Assembly: GCA_036172245.1 (NCBI GenBank)
Contig: JAYWIR010000045.1
Location: 1,116,001-1,180,000 of the forward strand
DNA length: 64,000 nt
Source: Raillietiella orientalis
Lineage: Eukaryota
Reading direction: 5' to 3'
The notes under the pieces are model-generated. The model was given only the letters and a program-made list of their open reading frames with translations. It searched no databases and was not told where the DNA came from. Both the position numbers and the translations under genes were made by a program. Shown one piece after another: positions 48,101 to 62,400 of the stretch (position 1 is the stretch's first letter; each line of letters starts with the position of its first letter).

Positions 48101-51100
48101 ATAACAATCCTCACAGTGGCTTTCTTTTCACGGTTCCAAACAAAGAATCATATGCTTGAAGGACATACACATACACAGGGCACTTGCAAAAAAGTTTAGT
48201 CCCTCATCCTATTGTGTTCATAAAATGAGAAGAATGGTTCGTTGTACACATGCAACACTTTCTTTTGTGAAAGTACAGCTCTCCTCATTGTCATTTTCCT
48301 TTCTTCAGCTCAAACATCCGCTCCGGTTTAAAAAGAAACGCCATTCGGGAGTGGGTTGCTATTTCAACATTTTGGTCCACCTGCTGCTACAGACAAATGC
48401 TATCTTTAGGGGTTCAACTTTCAAAGAGCGCGTTTGGTAATTTTTTTTTTTTTTTTTTCTAAGCTGAGCTGTTTTTCGGATATTTTTTTGGAAATGGAGG
48501 AAATCACTGGGATCCATACAGTAAATGAGATCAGAGTTGTAGCTATAAGCCATGAACTCCCGATAAGAAACAAACTCATTTCATATCCTCGTGTCGACAG
48601 CAAAAGAATGAAGAGGAATTAACTCCCTATCGTACAAAGTGCTGTGCACGAGAATTATAAAGGGATATTCACACCACGCGAACCAAACAAAAAAAATCTG
48701 AACAATTTGAAAGTAACCTTTAAAAAAAAAAAAAAGAAGAAAAACATTCTTTGCGTGCTATGAGTTACGATTCCAATTTTATTATGGAATACAGATGCAG
48801 ACAACACGATTAAGCAGCACAACTACCATAAAGAACTCAAGAGTCAATGATTCAGAATACATTCACACCTGTGTGTCTAATGAGAAAGCATTCCGACATC
48901 GTGCACCAGAATAGCAAAAGGATTAGTGAAAACATTGGTGCACTCACAACTTGTAAACTTATACAGAACAGTTTACAATTCCTAATCTGAACTACTTTAC
49001 GACACACGTTGCTCCATTAAGACAAGTGTACAAGAAAGCGCCTCACGAAATATTACTCTTATTAAGATATATTTAGGGCAAAAAAAAAATTGGAATCCAG
49101 TTGCTCACTATGAACATGTGAACTTGGATTTTTCATTTTTTTTTTTTGCATCACACACGACTTGCAATGTAAGGCTACAAAAAAATGGTTTCCCCTTGTG
49201 GTATTTTTCGCATTTGTCAACACAGCTCTGCATGTAAGGTCATTCATCCCTAAAGATAACCATCTACCTCCTTTGATTAAACAGGTCTGCACGTAAAAAT
49301 GAAACCTCGTACACCATGATCACATGCTAACCCTTGAAGAAACGGAAATTTGGTTACTGTATTTTCGAGAACACACCACGCATTTACAAACAGAGATGGA
49401 AGATATCAATTTCAATTTAAACACGGTCATCACTTCTGTTGTGTTTATACAGATTTTCAATCTACCATGCTATAAAGTTTTACACAAACCACAGAGATAT
49501 AAAAGAGAAAAAACAAAAACAAACAAGAGATGGAGTAAATAGATGAAATACTAAATGTGCACTTGGAAATTTTCACTTTGGAATTCTAAAAATACTGGAA
49601 ATTTCGAGTCTTTTCACTATTTTCGTATCCTAACATGCCTTGAGATGCAAGCAATATTCAATGATTAAAAAGTCCCAGAGCAATATGTAGCAGAAAATCC
49701 GGCACTAAGGTAATTAACCTTTGATGACGACTTAATATCAGGGCCACAGAAAAATCAAACAAAAGGAACATGGGCAAATTTATCTTAAACGCTTTTGTAA
49801 TGGGAGGAAGGCAATTTAATGACCCAAGAACACAAAGAAAACCTCTTATGCTCTGAACAATTGTATCTCATCTCAAACAATCAATCATGTATCCCTGATT
49901 CTCAAAGAATCAATTATTATCCCTGATTATGCATATTACTGCAGAAATAACAAAACCATGATATGATTCAAAGCAAACAAAGCTTTGCTGAGATTCACCA
50001 TAGTCAGCAAATGCAGCCATTGTCAATTGTGCAATCCATTCTTTGGATTCCTAAATAATATTCTTTAAAAATCATGATGCATGTTTTCTTTGTTCCACAG
50101 ACTCTCCAAGTTAAAATGATCCTTGTTAACCAAAAATATAAAATGATGCAGGATTTGGCATTAGTTTCCTAAGGATTCTCCCAAAACTGCAGTGCTCTTG
50201 GTTAACTTGATTAAATTTTCCAACATATTTCCTGTCTTCCATTTCATTTCCTACCGAATGTCAGTAAAGTACTACATAATGTTTACACTTCTAACAATGA
50301 ATGAAAACTTTTTAATGGCAATGATGCATATACTGATTACCTTACATGCACTCACAATTTAAGGAAATCACAATAGTAGTATGTGCATCAGGCATCAATC
50401 ATATCATAATGCAGGAGCACTTTTACTTAGTAAACAAAAAAAATAATCCTTCTCATGAATATCATAAGATAATTTTTTCTGTGAGAAACATGAACTCATG
50501 AAATACACTTTACCTACATTTCATGGAGGAATAAAAACATAAAGCTATATAATGGACAAAGAAATAAATTTTTGCTGAACTAAACATCACTTGCAATTTA
50601 TCAGAAAATTTCAAAAAACGAAGCTTGAAAATCTTCGTGTATGCCTCACAGGAAAAGACTGAATAATATAAATGCCAAGAGAGATATGGACAAGCATAAA
50701 GAAATTTCAGAAACACACAAGTCCTGGACTGAACCTAACGAGAAATTTTGGTACATCTCAGAAAACTTGTATCCAAACACGTTTATTAACGATGAACAAG
50801 TGAAATCTGTCCACAGAGACTGTACCTGTTACTGAACTGTACGCGCTCAAAAAGACCATTCTCCCAGAAAATATACATGTACAGCGGCATCGGGTCTAGA
50901 ATTATCAACTCCTTGGTCACCTGAACAATGAGCAACAATCCAATGATCCTTGAAAAATTATGCAAACCGGTGCAAACTAAATACGGAACCAACTCGTCGA
51001 TAGATGTTCAGGAAAAAGTATAGGGATCAGACAATGCATCCAAAGTGGCAAAACTCAAATGCACTACCAAGTGGTGTAAGGCGATTTTGCGCTATCTACA

Positions 51101-51538
51101 ACATTTTTTATGCATCTGCAATCCCGAATTAACTGAACACATATTACATGGAAGAAATTCCACACATGGGATGTGTTGCTGCAGCGACGGGAGTGAAGGG
51201 ATCCTTCACGGATGCCAGAATCCCCTCATCCAGACGATTGCCGCTTTTCAACATTGTTATGCACGAGAGCGTCGCGAAGCTTTACGACGAAGGAAAGCCC
51301 CTTAATCGCCATATTCGCCTCACGTTATTCCTCACAAGCGTGCATAATTAAAAAAAAGAAAAGTAAATATCACTCTTACAAAATCCCACTTTGGATAAAT
51401 AGATTTTTACGATCAGGTCTTCCCAGCGTACCGAAAATAAGTACGTTTTCTTCTACCAACCAAAGCTTTGTTTCCGTTTCGTAGGCCCGCCCGAGATGTC
51501 TCATTTGTGAGGGAGTGTTGCGTATTTCAGGAATAGCA

Positions 51539-51642
51539 CCAATGCTGGTTTAGTGTCAGTCTTTATTGTGAAACAGTTCGTCTTTCATTGGTGTATAATT
51601 CACGGACCAATCATTGGAGAAGTTAATCAGATAATATCCAAT
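51539..51642. promoter_or_regulatory. CCAAT-box cluster upstream of NF-YA
   Basis: CCAAT at 51539, 51607 and 51638; ATTGG at 51587 and 51613. Confidence 0.7.
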
Positions 51643-52128
51643 GTAAGTTCCATATAATCACACATGCATTTTTGAAATCTATTCGGAATTACGAGGAAAC
51701 CTTATTTTTTAATAGAAAACATAAGTTTTTATTTAACACTGTGATACTATTGTTTTATTTCGAAATTATCCGTCATGTTTAACGTTTGCGTAAGTATTCT
51801 GGTTTAACGACTACTTTCTTTTGTCTTTAGATATATGTATATAATTTCAAAGTAACAAGAATCGCATGAGGCTGAGATGCAATATTGCTATCTAATGTAA
51901 ATTTTTTTAGCAACTTGAAAACATAAGTTACGCAAATTAAAGAATATATTGCATTTCCCCTTTTTTTTTTTCTCTAGCTACTTGCATGTTCCAAATCAAA
52001 AACAGCTTCACAATGGTGGTTTCTTGTTTTTAAATGGACTAGATTCAAGTGTTCGGTATGTAAGAAATTATTTTTCTCAGTCTCTGAGATTACAAAATAG
52101 CTACATAGTGTGACAAAACGTAAGACTG

Positions 52129-53267
52129 ATGGATCAGTTGCAAGTGACAGGTCAAAACGTAGAAAATGGAAGTCAGGTAAAAAAAAAAAAAAAAAATTTC
52201 AGCTCACACAAAGATTTGAAACAATTTTGCGTACATCAGGTTGTACAGGTAACACAAGGACAGTTAATTACAGCAAATGGACAGCAAATAATGGTTCAAG
52301 GTATATCACAGGGATCACAAACTTTGCAGTTGGCCACTGCTGCTGGCCATAGTCTTTCACAGATTCAAGTGTTACCTGTCTCTTCTTTACAGCAGGTTGG
52401 TTCCTATCCTCTGTGAAACTATGTGGACAAAACTTGTCTTAGAGTCCAAATCCTCAGTTTGTAATTCAGCAGCCCTTTTTGCAAACTTCTGATGGTCAGA
52501 CACTTTTATGTCAACCATTACAAGTGGATAGCCAAGGAAACTTAATTCAACAGTCACATCAACCAACCAGTTGAGTTTTGTGCACAATGTTGGATATTTA
52601 TTTTTTTTTTATTCCAGTTCTCAATATTGGAGGTAATTTGGTGCAAGTAGCTGGTTTAAGTCCCAGCAATAGTGCTACATCACAGAACAGTGCTGCAAAT
52701 GGTGCTTCACCCACCAGTGCTCTACCACAAACTTTAGGTGGAAATATAATTATGGTGAGTAATACCATAAAGGAGTAAAACTATTTGCTGGTAGATGGTA
52801 CCTAGTTCCAGCGGCATACCACAGTTGCAGCGAATTCCTCTACCAGGTCCAGAACTGTTGGAAGAAGAACCTCTGTATGTGAATGCCAAGCAGTACCACA
52901 GGATATTAAAGAGGCGACAGGCTCGTGCACGTCTTGAAGCCTTGGGAAAGATTCCCAAGCAACGGAAGGTGGTTGGCCAAGTATTGCAGCAGCAGCTAGC
53001 TCAGTAGTTAATGTGATTTATTTGTAGAAATACTTGCATGAATCCCGTCACATCCATGCTATGAATCGAATACGAGGGGAAGGTGGTCGATTCCATTCCG
53101 GATCTGTTAAGAAACAACCAGAAGAACAAGATGAGCTTTGCAGTGTGCGCATGCATTCCCAGAATGTCAATGTGAATAGCAGTCATGAACTGAATAATGA
53201 CTCTTCACGCTGGCTGTCCAATGGGCGAACCAATGATTTAGCTATTTTGAGAGACTGTGCACATTAA
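52129..53267 (+). CDS. NFYA: Nuclear transcription factor Y subunit alpha
   Basis: Exons approx. 52129-52176, 52240-52395, 52443-52569, 52618-52754, 52795-52967, 53028-53267. Q-rich N-terminus, then EEEPLYVNAKQYHRILKRRQARARLE...KYLHESRHIHAMNRIRGEGGRF (CBF-B/NF-YA domain). Confidence 0.96.
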
Positions 53268-53377
53268 TCTCATTGACCCTCTATTTTTGTAATATTGAAG
53301 ACAAGTGCTGTCCCATTAACTTATTGAGTTTCCTGCAAATATAAATTGTGCAGGTTTTGTGAGAGTGATCCAAGTTT

Positions 53378-54706
53378 TCACAACACTTTATCCAGTCCGA
53401 ATTTAGTCCACTCATAGGCCAGAAAGAGAGCCCCAGAAGCAGGGAATGTACGTATTAAGGTAGGGCACAGTCCACTGTAGAAACCTCTATAACCTAGAGA
53501 AGATGTGTAATTTCTGAAAAGCTTACTTGCCTTTAGTCTGTATCACTTCCTTCATTATTTTGGCAGCAGATACTTGGGACTCAGAAATTTGCATTCTGGA
53601 TTTTATAAGGTCAAATGGAAAAATGGCTACCCATAATGCCATGCCACCAATCCCTCCACTAATTATAGTTGGCAGGGTTCCTATTATATGCCAATGAGTA
53701 ATCTTTGAAGTCATCATGAGTGCAAAGTTATTCATCACCTATTTCCTCTTTTCTCTGTCCTTTTTTCGCAAACAGAGTGCGACTTAATTCATATCCACCA
53801 AAGAAAAAGAAATATCCAGGCATTTCCCTGCCAACTGTTGGTAAAAATCCTTTAAACATGCCTCTGATACCATCAACTTTTAAAATGCCTTTTGTGATGA
53901 ACCAAGGATTTGCTTTTATCTAAAACCTGATAGATTCCTCATCACAATTGTATTGTCCATTTACTTTGATGGATCCTTGTGAAGATTTCATTTCATGCAA
54001 TGTTTGCAGTTTACATTTGATAAGTTCTGTAGGACATAAAGTAATGGAAGAAAAAAATGCAGCAAAAAATCCTGATCCTGCATTTGCCAATGGTGACAAT
54101 TCATCTACATTCTATAAATTTAAATGAAGCTTTTATAAAGCTGCCCAGGTATTTTAGTTTGGATTCATATTCATAAAACTTGCAAGTTTACCAAACATTT
54201 GTTGAAATGAATAAAGATTTAATTTTTTGCAATAATAAACACGACAAACATGAAGTATACGTATTCTTGTTAATTTTCCAATAGTTTATAATGATATACA
54301 ACACCTTAGCTCCAATGATGATTTGCATTGCTTTTTGACAAATGCCATAAGCAGCAAATAATACAGAATTTTCGGCAACATTAGCAACTAGTGCTGGTGT
54401 GGTGCCTGCATACAGTCCTATAAAGTGTTGACTTTTTATAGTGTGTCTGAAACATTCAAAAGTGTTTCTATGCAAATGTGGAAAAGACTGCATTTTCACT
54501 TTGACTGTATCAAGGGGTTGGCCAACAAGTACACAGGCTATTCCCCCTGAAATTATAATTGATTTTCATTATTACACACTTATTTGAATCACTTCACCTG
54601 CAGAACCTGCCATCAAGTCGATGAATGCAGATTTTATCCCTCCATCCAAAGCATTTGGATGATGGGTATACTCAAGAGCTTTACTCTCTGCAACTGTCGA
54701 AGACAT
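53378..54706 (-). CDS. SLC25A15: Mitochondrial ornithine transporter 1-like carrier (SLC25 family)
   Basis: Multi-exon gene: MSSTVAESK...[31 protein letters not shown]...GLYAGTTPALVANVAENSVLFAAYG...LCPTELIKCKLQ...IFPFDLIKSRMQ...GALFLAYEW...*. It carries three PX[DE]XX[KR] carrier signatures, and ENSVLFAAYG is typical of ORNT1. Confidence 0.9.
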
Positions 54707-57700
54707 ACTTTCACAAGCACGGTATTTTTAATGCAATTACATAATCAGTGTTACCTCAAGACATAGTGGGTGTACCAAACAAAAGTTCAAAATTCATTTC
54801 CAATTTTTCAAGTTGTCGATTACCCGTTTAACTTTTCGTATGCGCCGCCATGCTCTGCATCGAAAGCCTTCTACACAGAAACATTTCTTATTCATCTTCA
54901 AAATGCCACTTTCAACAAAAGGTTCAATGTTGAAAGTTAAAAACTCACCTCCAAAGATTCGTTACTGTTGTACCCCTGCTAGCGGCGTTGCTGAGTTCAT
55001 CGCCGTTCTTCGAATTCGCAATAATTGAAGAGAGCCAACCAAGCATCATTCAAATGAAATTATACAACAGAATTTAGCAAACTCGATCGAGATGAATAAA
55101 GTAAAGATGTGTGAGTACATATATCTTTACTGGAGCGTTTTATTACTAAGAAAAAAGAAAATGTATGCAAAAAACCTTTACCAAGAATTACATGTTATTT
55201 CGAGATTTCTAAAATATGATCTACTTCATTCAAGAGTTCAGTGCACGAGCAGGTTTTTATTTCTGTATTTCTTTCTATGGGAAAAAGTTCTGGATAAGAG
55301 GAATTCACATTTGAAATTTTTAGTAAAAGGATAAAAATGAAAATTCATTTCTTTTTATTTTTTTTTTCTAGATTCTAATATTGTGATTTGTGTGTGAACT
55401 TCGTGAATCATTTCATAACAGGATTTTACTTATTTCACAGTTACTACATTTAAAATTGGGCATGTATCTATCAGCTCCTTGGATGTCCACTTGCTTTTTA
55501 TCCTCAATACTTTTCAAACTATAAATGCAGGTATCATCTTCTATTACTGAAATACTCCATCATATAGGGTCAAACCGAAATTCAGTTCATGACTGTGCGT
55601 TGAGAACTTGCAATCTAATGAAAACAGTGCTGCGGACCTCAATTGATTTACAAATTCTGAAGAACTAGTTCTATAAAGAAACCAATTAACACCCTAGAAT
55701 TTGTTGTTTGAAAATGCAATATGCATTTTGTTAACATAAATATCGAAAAAAAGTAATCATTTTTATAAATCTCTGTTTAGTTCTTTCAAAATTTCATGTT
55801 TCCGTAAAATTATGGATAATTTATTCACATCAAATTTTAAACACTCCAGCAATTCTAAAGACTTATTTATGCTTTTTAAATGTTCTGAACATTTCCTCGC
55901 TCGATTTTCTCCATTTCTGAAAAGTATACTGAAAAACCGATGATGCTTTCTCCGATGCTTGCGAAACTATTAAATAAACATACATCTACTTAGCTTAGCT
56001 TATCTAAAATTACTTGTCACTATTCCTAAATTATCACTATCATTATTTTCGTTTACGTTCTTGATGATGGACCAAATGAATCTGCTCATAGGGAATCCTC
56101 AAGTAGACTACTTGAAATTCCACTGATTTTTAAAAGCATGCTTATTAAATGCAAGTTAATTCTTTACATGCAGTTTAAGCTAAGGTGGGGAAATTTTCCT
56201 GCCTTCTTACAATTGGAATTTTCTAGTTCGAATATAATTAATTACATTCCAGAAAAACCGTATTTTCATTTTTTGAAAGTATTTACGACATATTTAATTT
56301 ATTAAGTTGAACTAGGATGGAGAAATTCTGAGTTCCTGAGGTCATTATAAATTATTTTTAAAAGTTTTCACAATTATCTCCGTTGGGATACTGAATTGCT
56401 GGTATCCATGAAATTATTAGTCGGCAATGGAGAAACGTATGTAAGTGAAGATGAGAAGTTACAGTTGGTTGCGTTGATTGATTGCGGTGATAACTCAGCT
56501 ACAATCCGTATGCTGTAGGATTTTGTGGTCGTTCTTGTCATTGATGCCTCATTCTAAGAATTCTGGCATCCCATCACCTTGGAAAATTTTATGGGAAAAT
56601 TTACCACAACTAGAAGAAATCAGAAATCAAAATGATAACATGCAAGTTGTGTTAAAGAACCTACTTTTCAGTTTTCGTGCCTTTCTCATACATACAATGA
56701 GAAATGTTTTTCCACTATAGCAATTTAAGAAATACGGAAAGAATAGAAGAACGTAAGCATTTCGTTTTTTAATAAAGACTTTTAAGATAAAAACTTTTAA
56801 GTTGGGATTATGTTTTTTTCATATTCAGAAATGTATTCATCCTTGTAATAACAACGCAGTGTTTTTTTTTTTATTTCATCCATGTACTTCATCGAGACGA
56901 AAATTGATGATGCTGGTTCCTATGGTGAACTGTCATTAGTTTTCTGTTTAAATTTGGTACCCACCTGTGTTTTTAAATTAATGTATATAACCATAATTAT
57001 ATATCTAACCCATATAGTAATTCAGAATTTCATATAACAATTTAGGAAGCGTTGAAGTTGGTTCTGTTCCGATTTTGGTTTACCTGTGTTTTTAGTCATT
57101 TTCGGAAATTTGAAGTTTTTGATCGGAAAGATGATAAGTTTGGCTAGCGTTCCATAACGCTAACATATATTAAGTAAATTAAAAAATGGTTCAGTTATGT
57201 ATTTCAGGTTCATTTAAAATTCCTTTGATTCGAATGTTCTATCGTTTTAGTCATTTTTAATGATTCCTTAGTCAATAAAAACGAGAGAAATGTATAATAC
57301 TTATAAAATACGTTCCTAAAAAGGCACAGATTTTTATTTATTCCTAAATCTTAAATAAATGAACATGATCTTAATTTTGGCATTTCACACAAATAATAGT
57401 AGCTATCAAAAAATAAACGTGGAACCTGGTTTCAAATTGGTGTAGATTGCAGGTACTTCAAATAGTCAAACTCGGAATTTTAGTAGTTTCAAATAAAAGG
57501 AATTTTGAATAACATTACTGTTGGTTGCAGAATAATACTGTATAATATGCAACAGGTTCTAAGATTTCCATGAAATAATAGTGTTGATATGTTCATAGAA
57601 GAATAGGCTGCTTCAGGCAAGCATTTGAAGTACTGACTCGTACTTTTCTTGTAAAGCAAAGTTGTACTAGATATGCTGCATTCAAATATATTCTGTAGTA

Positions 57701-58902
57701 ATATTAGAATTACAACATTCATGGGAATGCTATATAGGCCATGGATAAATGAGTACTGTATGTGGTAGTTTCATTTGTAGCTAGAGTTCACAAAATGGGA
57801 AAAAGTTCAGCACTTCTACTCTTGAAAGATTGATTTATATTTGACATTTTTTATCTGTGAATTTCATTGCTTTGAAATGCTTGTGTTTTGATTGAGTCAT
57901 ACCTTGGCTTGTGTTTTGATTCATGCTGAACAAATGATTGCATTTCTTGTCAAAGTTAAACCAAGCATTTATAAAATTGCAGTAGGCTTCTGTACCACCA
58001 AAAATGGGTACAATAATAATAATTAAATAATTATATTTCGTACAAGGAAATTTTTATGTAAATCGTTTGTAAATAATTGGATTCCTAATTTAGGCATGCT
58101 GGATTTTTTGTTGCAGTACTTATTGATGTCAGACTTTTGAGTTGTGATTGAATGTGCAAATAACACAATTTATTACAAATTATTGGTGTCTTGATCAGTT
58201 GAAACAGAAGTTTAAAAAGGTGAACCAGAATAAGATTAAAGTTATTGTACTGTATTGTATAATGTACAATACAATAAAAATGTTTATAGTATATAGTACC
58301 ACAACTCAGACAGCAACTGAAGAATGATTTGAAAATTTTGCAACACTTTATGTAATCATGCTTTCTAGTGCGTAAATCAATGCTAAAAGTTCTGGATTTA
58401 TCGATTTCGCAAGATTATATTTTAATTATCAAACTATGAACATGTGTTTTTCATGCTTAAAAGTATCAAAGCAGTTCTGGACTCAACAGTAAATTTCAAG
58501 TTTACATTCTGAATTGAAAGCAAAATTTCAAGTTTCCACAATGGATTTTATAATACCAATAACGTGTTTTATTTTCCAAGTGGAAATCAACATACTTTTA
58601 AGTGCGCTTTACCTGGATTTTAAATGTGTACATATATATATATATATCGGGCACACCACCCTTGAAGGTTTCACCGCCGGTCCAACCGATTCGTATGGCA
58701 ACCGGTGCTCTTCAGAGTTTCCATCTGTAAGAAAAATCGTGCCAGTGCCACGAAGTGATAAACCAAAGCTGGAAACCAACGGTACGGTAAACCACATTTT
58801 GTTTCATAAGGTTTTAAGTAGAATGTATATTTCAAAAGAAACCAGGATGATGTGGTCTTTAAAGCATAGGAGCATCGGATTCTTACGTTAACCTTAGGTT
58901 GA

Positions 58903-58936
<34 letters not shown>

Positions 58937-59480
58937 TTAATTTGGAATGATTTTTTGCTTTTATACAATGCGATTGACAAGGAGAGTTTCGGCTTGCCCA
59001 GTTTCACTTCCGTTCCTTTGATCATCAGATTAGGTGATTCACCAAACTGAAACCTTGAAGTGGTGATCTCTGTATCCATAATGATGTAACAGTTTTTTTC
59101 TGTAGCAGCCCCTTTAAGTTCTTTCAAGGTCCCAAACACATTTATTTTTAGTAGTTCGGAATTATCAGAGCCTTCATTTAGATTGAGGTTTTCACAGGGT
59201 AGAACTGAAAAAGTGAATGCCTTAAGCTGGATCAGTCTTCGTGGATGTTTGCCGTTTTTCCAGCGTTGGCTGTATCCCTATTATGTAACGTCCTTACGGC
59301 ACCGTAAGTTTTTGCGTTTGTCTCGAGGAGACTTCCATTCTCCGTGTATGTATTTCTGTGAATGCTTGTCACGGCACAAACATTGAAACCGCGACTCTCT
59401 CATTCAAAACTGAGTTTCTGCGTGATCCCATCTGTTTGAAAGCATCGTTCCCTTTTTCCCCCTTTTTTTTTCTTTTACAG

Positions 59481-62400
59481 ATGGGAGAACACCGAGTTTT
59501 GCAGATTTTCCAGAAAGCGATGTGAAGCGAATCATCCCAATCAACAAATCGCAAGTCTTGAAATTCTGTTCCAATGCGGTCACTACTGCGAAATACAATG
59601 TTTTCACTTTCTTGCCACGATTTCTCTTTGAGCAGTTCAGGAAATATTCAAACTGTTTCTTTTTATTTATCTCACTTCTACAGGTATGTGACTGGGTATG
59701 GGCAATGTTGGTTTTGTGATTGGGAAAATTAAACATCATTAACTGCTCATTGCCTGTTTGTTTGCTCTAATTACTTCTGTTCCTGTTTTCAATATAAGTG
59801 TTGTATTGAAGACTACAATAAGCTTCTTTTTTCTCTCTCTCTCTCTCAAAACGATCCAAACTTCAAAGTTGTTATTACTATTACGAAAAAGATTGATTCG
59901 AGTTTTACATATTCGTGAATGTGTTTTCTTTGCAAATGTTAATAACGCTTAGGTTGCTGTTTGCCTTCAGTGCATCAGTGAAACTTTCTGTTCTCCAGAA
60001 TCTGCCAACTTATTGAAGGGGAGGTAATGAATAATCCCATACTTGAATTTCGGGAATTGCTTCGGAAAACACTCATAAAAGATCTGTACACTACACGTTC
60101 TGTAACCACGATTACTAATGCTGCATCAAAGTAATGAGTTTCAAACTTATTTTGTACGCAGCCGAACTAAGATGACATTCAATCTGCTGTCCATCCAAGC
60201 ATCTTGTTGAAATGACTTCAGAGAGCGGGAAGATAATCAGACATAGAATCGGCTGTAGGAAAATTATCGAAAGACTACAAAGATCATGTTGGTTTCTCTT
60301 TAAATAACAACATAAGTTTAGAAAGGTTAAAATTTTAAGGATCATTCGAAATTGTACACATTTTATGGAACACTAGGACATAAAGTCTGTTTTGCAAAAC
60401 GTATCAAAGACCGGCTCTATTTAGCTCTAAAAAACAACAACAACAACTGCTGAAAATACTTAGGACGGATTCATTATCAAAACGGAAGGCATTTTTTTTT
60501 TTTTTCATGAAAAAAATTAATGTTTTGATCCTATGTTTTGTTAGAGTTGTGAGCTTTGAAGCTAGTTTTATAGTAAAGTTTTAGCTGAGAAGAGCGGTCA
60601 AGATAGTGATGGTGTTTGCGATTGCAGATTAAAGCATCAAATTTGCCTCAGAGAATTAATTACTCCGAAAGTTGTTGTTGTTTTTGATCTCACGTGATAT
60701 GGTTTTTGATCTTTTCAAATAGCGAAAACTATGCCGTGCCAAATCTAGATAGAATCTACGTGTAAGCATTATAAACTCGTATGGAGAGGAGGACGATCAG
60801 AGGTTTGATGGCTAACCATTCCAACTGTTCATCTTTGTACACTGAATACGTAGTTAATTGTGTTGAAAACATCGAGAAGCAGAGTTTGCAGTAATTGGTT
60901 CTACCTTAAGCATATGAGTATAGATGGCAGAAATTGGGTGTCATCAGTGATAAAAAATTGGGTAGGTTCCAAAAAGGACGGTAGACATCTACGATCTCAA
61001 ACAGGTATATAATTTTACATGCATGTAAAGGTAACCTACACTGTAAACTCCAAATAAGACGGTTTTTGAGGAACCTATTTCGTAGGCCCAAATGCGAAAA
61101 GAGTAGAGGTTGGTGTACACTCCGGGACAAATGCATCAAATTTAACTGCAATTTGCAACAGCTGATTGAGCGAGCAGGCAATAAACACCAACTCGCCTAA
61201 GTGAACTTTAGAAGAACTGAAAATCAAAAAAAAAAAAAAAAAGGAGGATGAAAATTTTTATGCGATAAATCTTCGAAATGGAGCTTAAAGAAAGGAAGAA
61301 AGATTATGGAAATTGGAATGACAACCCTATTGAAATCATGAATTTCACTCGTCAGTAAAAGTAATCTCACATGGAGATAGGTTGTCCATTCATCTTCTTG
61401 GTCAGGTGCTATCAATAAGCCAAAATGATAATATTGTATATTATTCGAATCATATTCCGATGACTGAACAGCGGATTGATGTATGTGTTTATAAAAAAAA
61501 CTGTTTTTTTTTTTTTTTTTTTTTCGATTGTGTACACATATGTGTTTGTCTAGAAAGGACCTAATACCCAATACGTTTGCACATTATGCATTACTTTTTG
61601 CAGTGTTTGCTTTTACTCACTTGCCAATTGATCACACTTTTAATTATTCAGCACTACCTCAAAGGGTTAGAGCTAATGTTCTCTAAATGCCGTATGATAG
61701 CCCTGGTTTGTTTCATATGTGGAGTAACACTTCGATGTGGAAAAAAAAAATTCTCTTTTTTTTATCGACTTTTTATGAATACTTTAAAGAATATTGTCTC
61801 GCATTCATCTGAAATCAGATAGACAAACCTATAGAAACATGAGAGCGTTTTGTGAGGGTAACCATAGAATATTCGAGCATTGGCAGTGGCGTTGAATACA
61901 CCCATTCATGCCAAAAGTCAGGAGCGGTTGCTATCCCTGTCCCAAGCAGGGAATCAGCTCTTGCAGTCAAAATTTTCTAAACTGTTGAACTGATTTGAAA
62001 CTGCATTTCCACTTGAAAACTTGCTCGTTACTAGGCGGATTGCAAATCAGGATTTCTTGGGAAAACCTGAATTCGAATTGCAAGTTTCTGTTTTCGGATC
62101 TGAATGCAGAGATTTCGAGTTTGAAATCCAGCCTTAGTGCACGGCTTCTCAGCAGTACACACTTGGTCAAAAAGATTTCTTTCGAAGCAGTGACCCTCCG
62201 TTGAATTTTGCGGTATGAGGACTGTCCTGAAGAGGTGAAAAGAGCCTAAATATTCACGAAACAGTGATGTGTGTTTCCGTCCGCGGAATTCGATATATTG
62301 CTAATACTGTTCGATTCCAAAAGCGGAACGAGGCTGCGGATAGTCCGGAGGTAACGATCAAGTTAACATGTAGAATTTCACATCACCAATCATAAGCTAA

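Noticed and set aside
58904..58933. Long poly-T tract (and other homopolymers)
   Set aside because: Common in this AT-rich genome, and the lengths may be sequencing-dependent.
61875..61950. tRNA or tRNA-derived SINE in the ATP8A intron
   Set aside because: Only vague A/B-box resemblance; no cloverleaf can be drawn.
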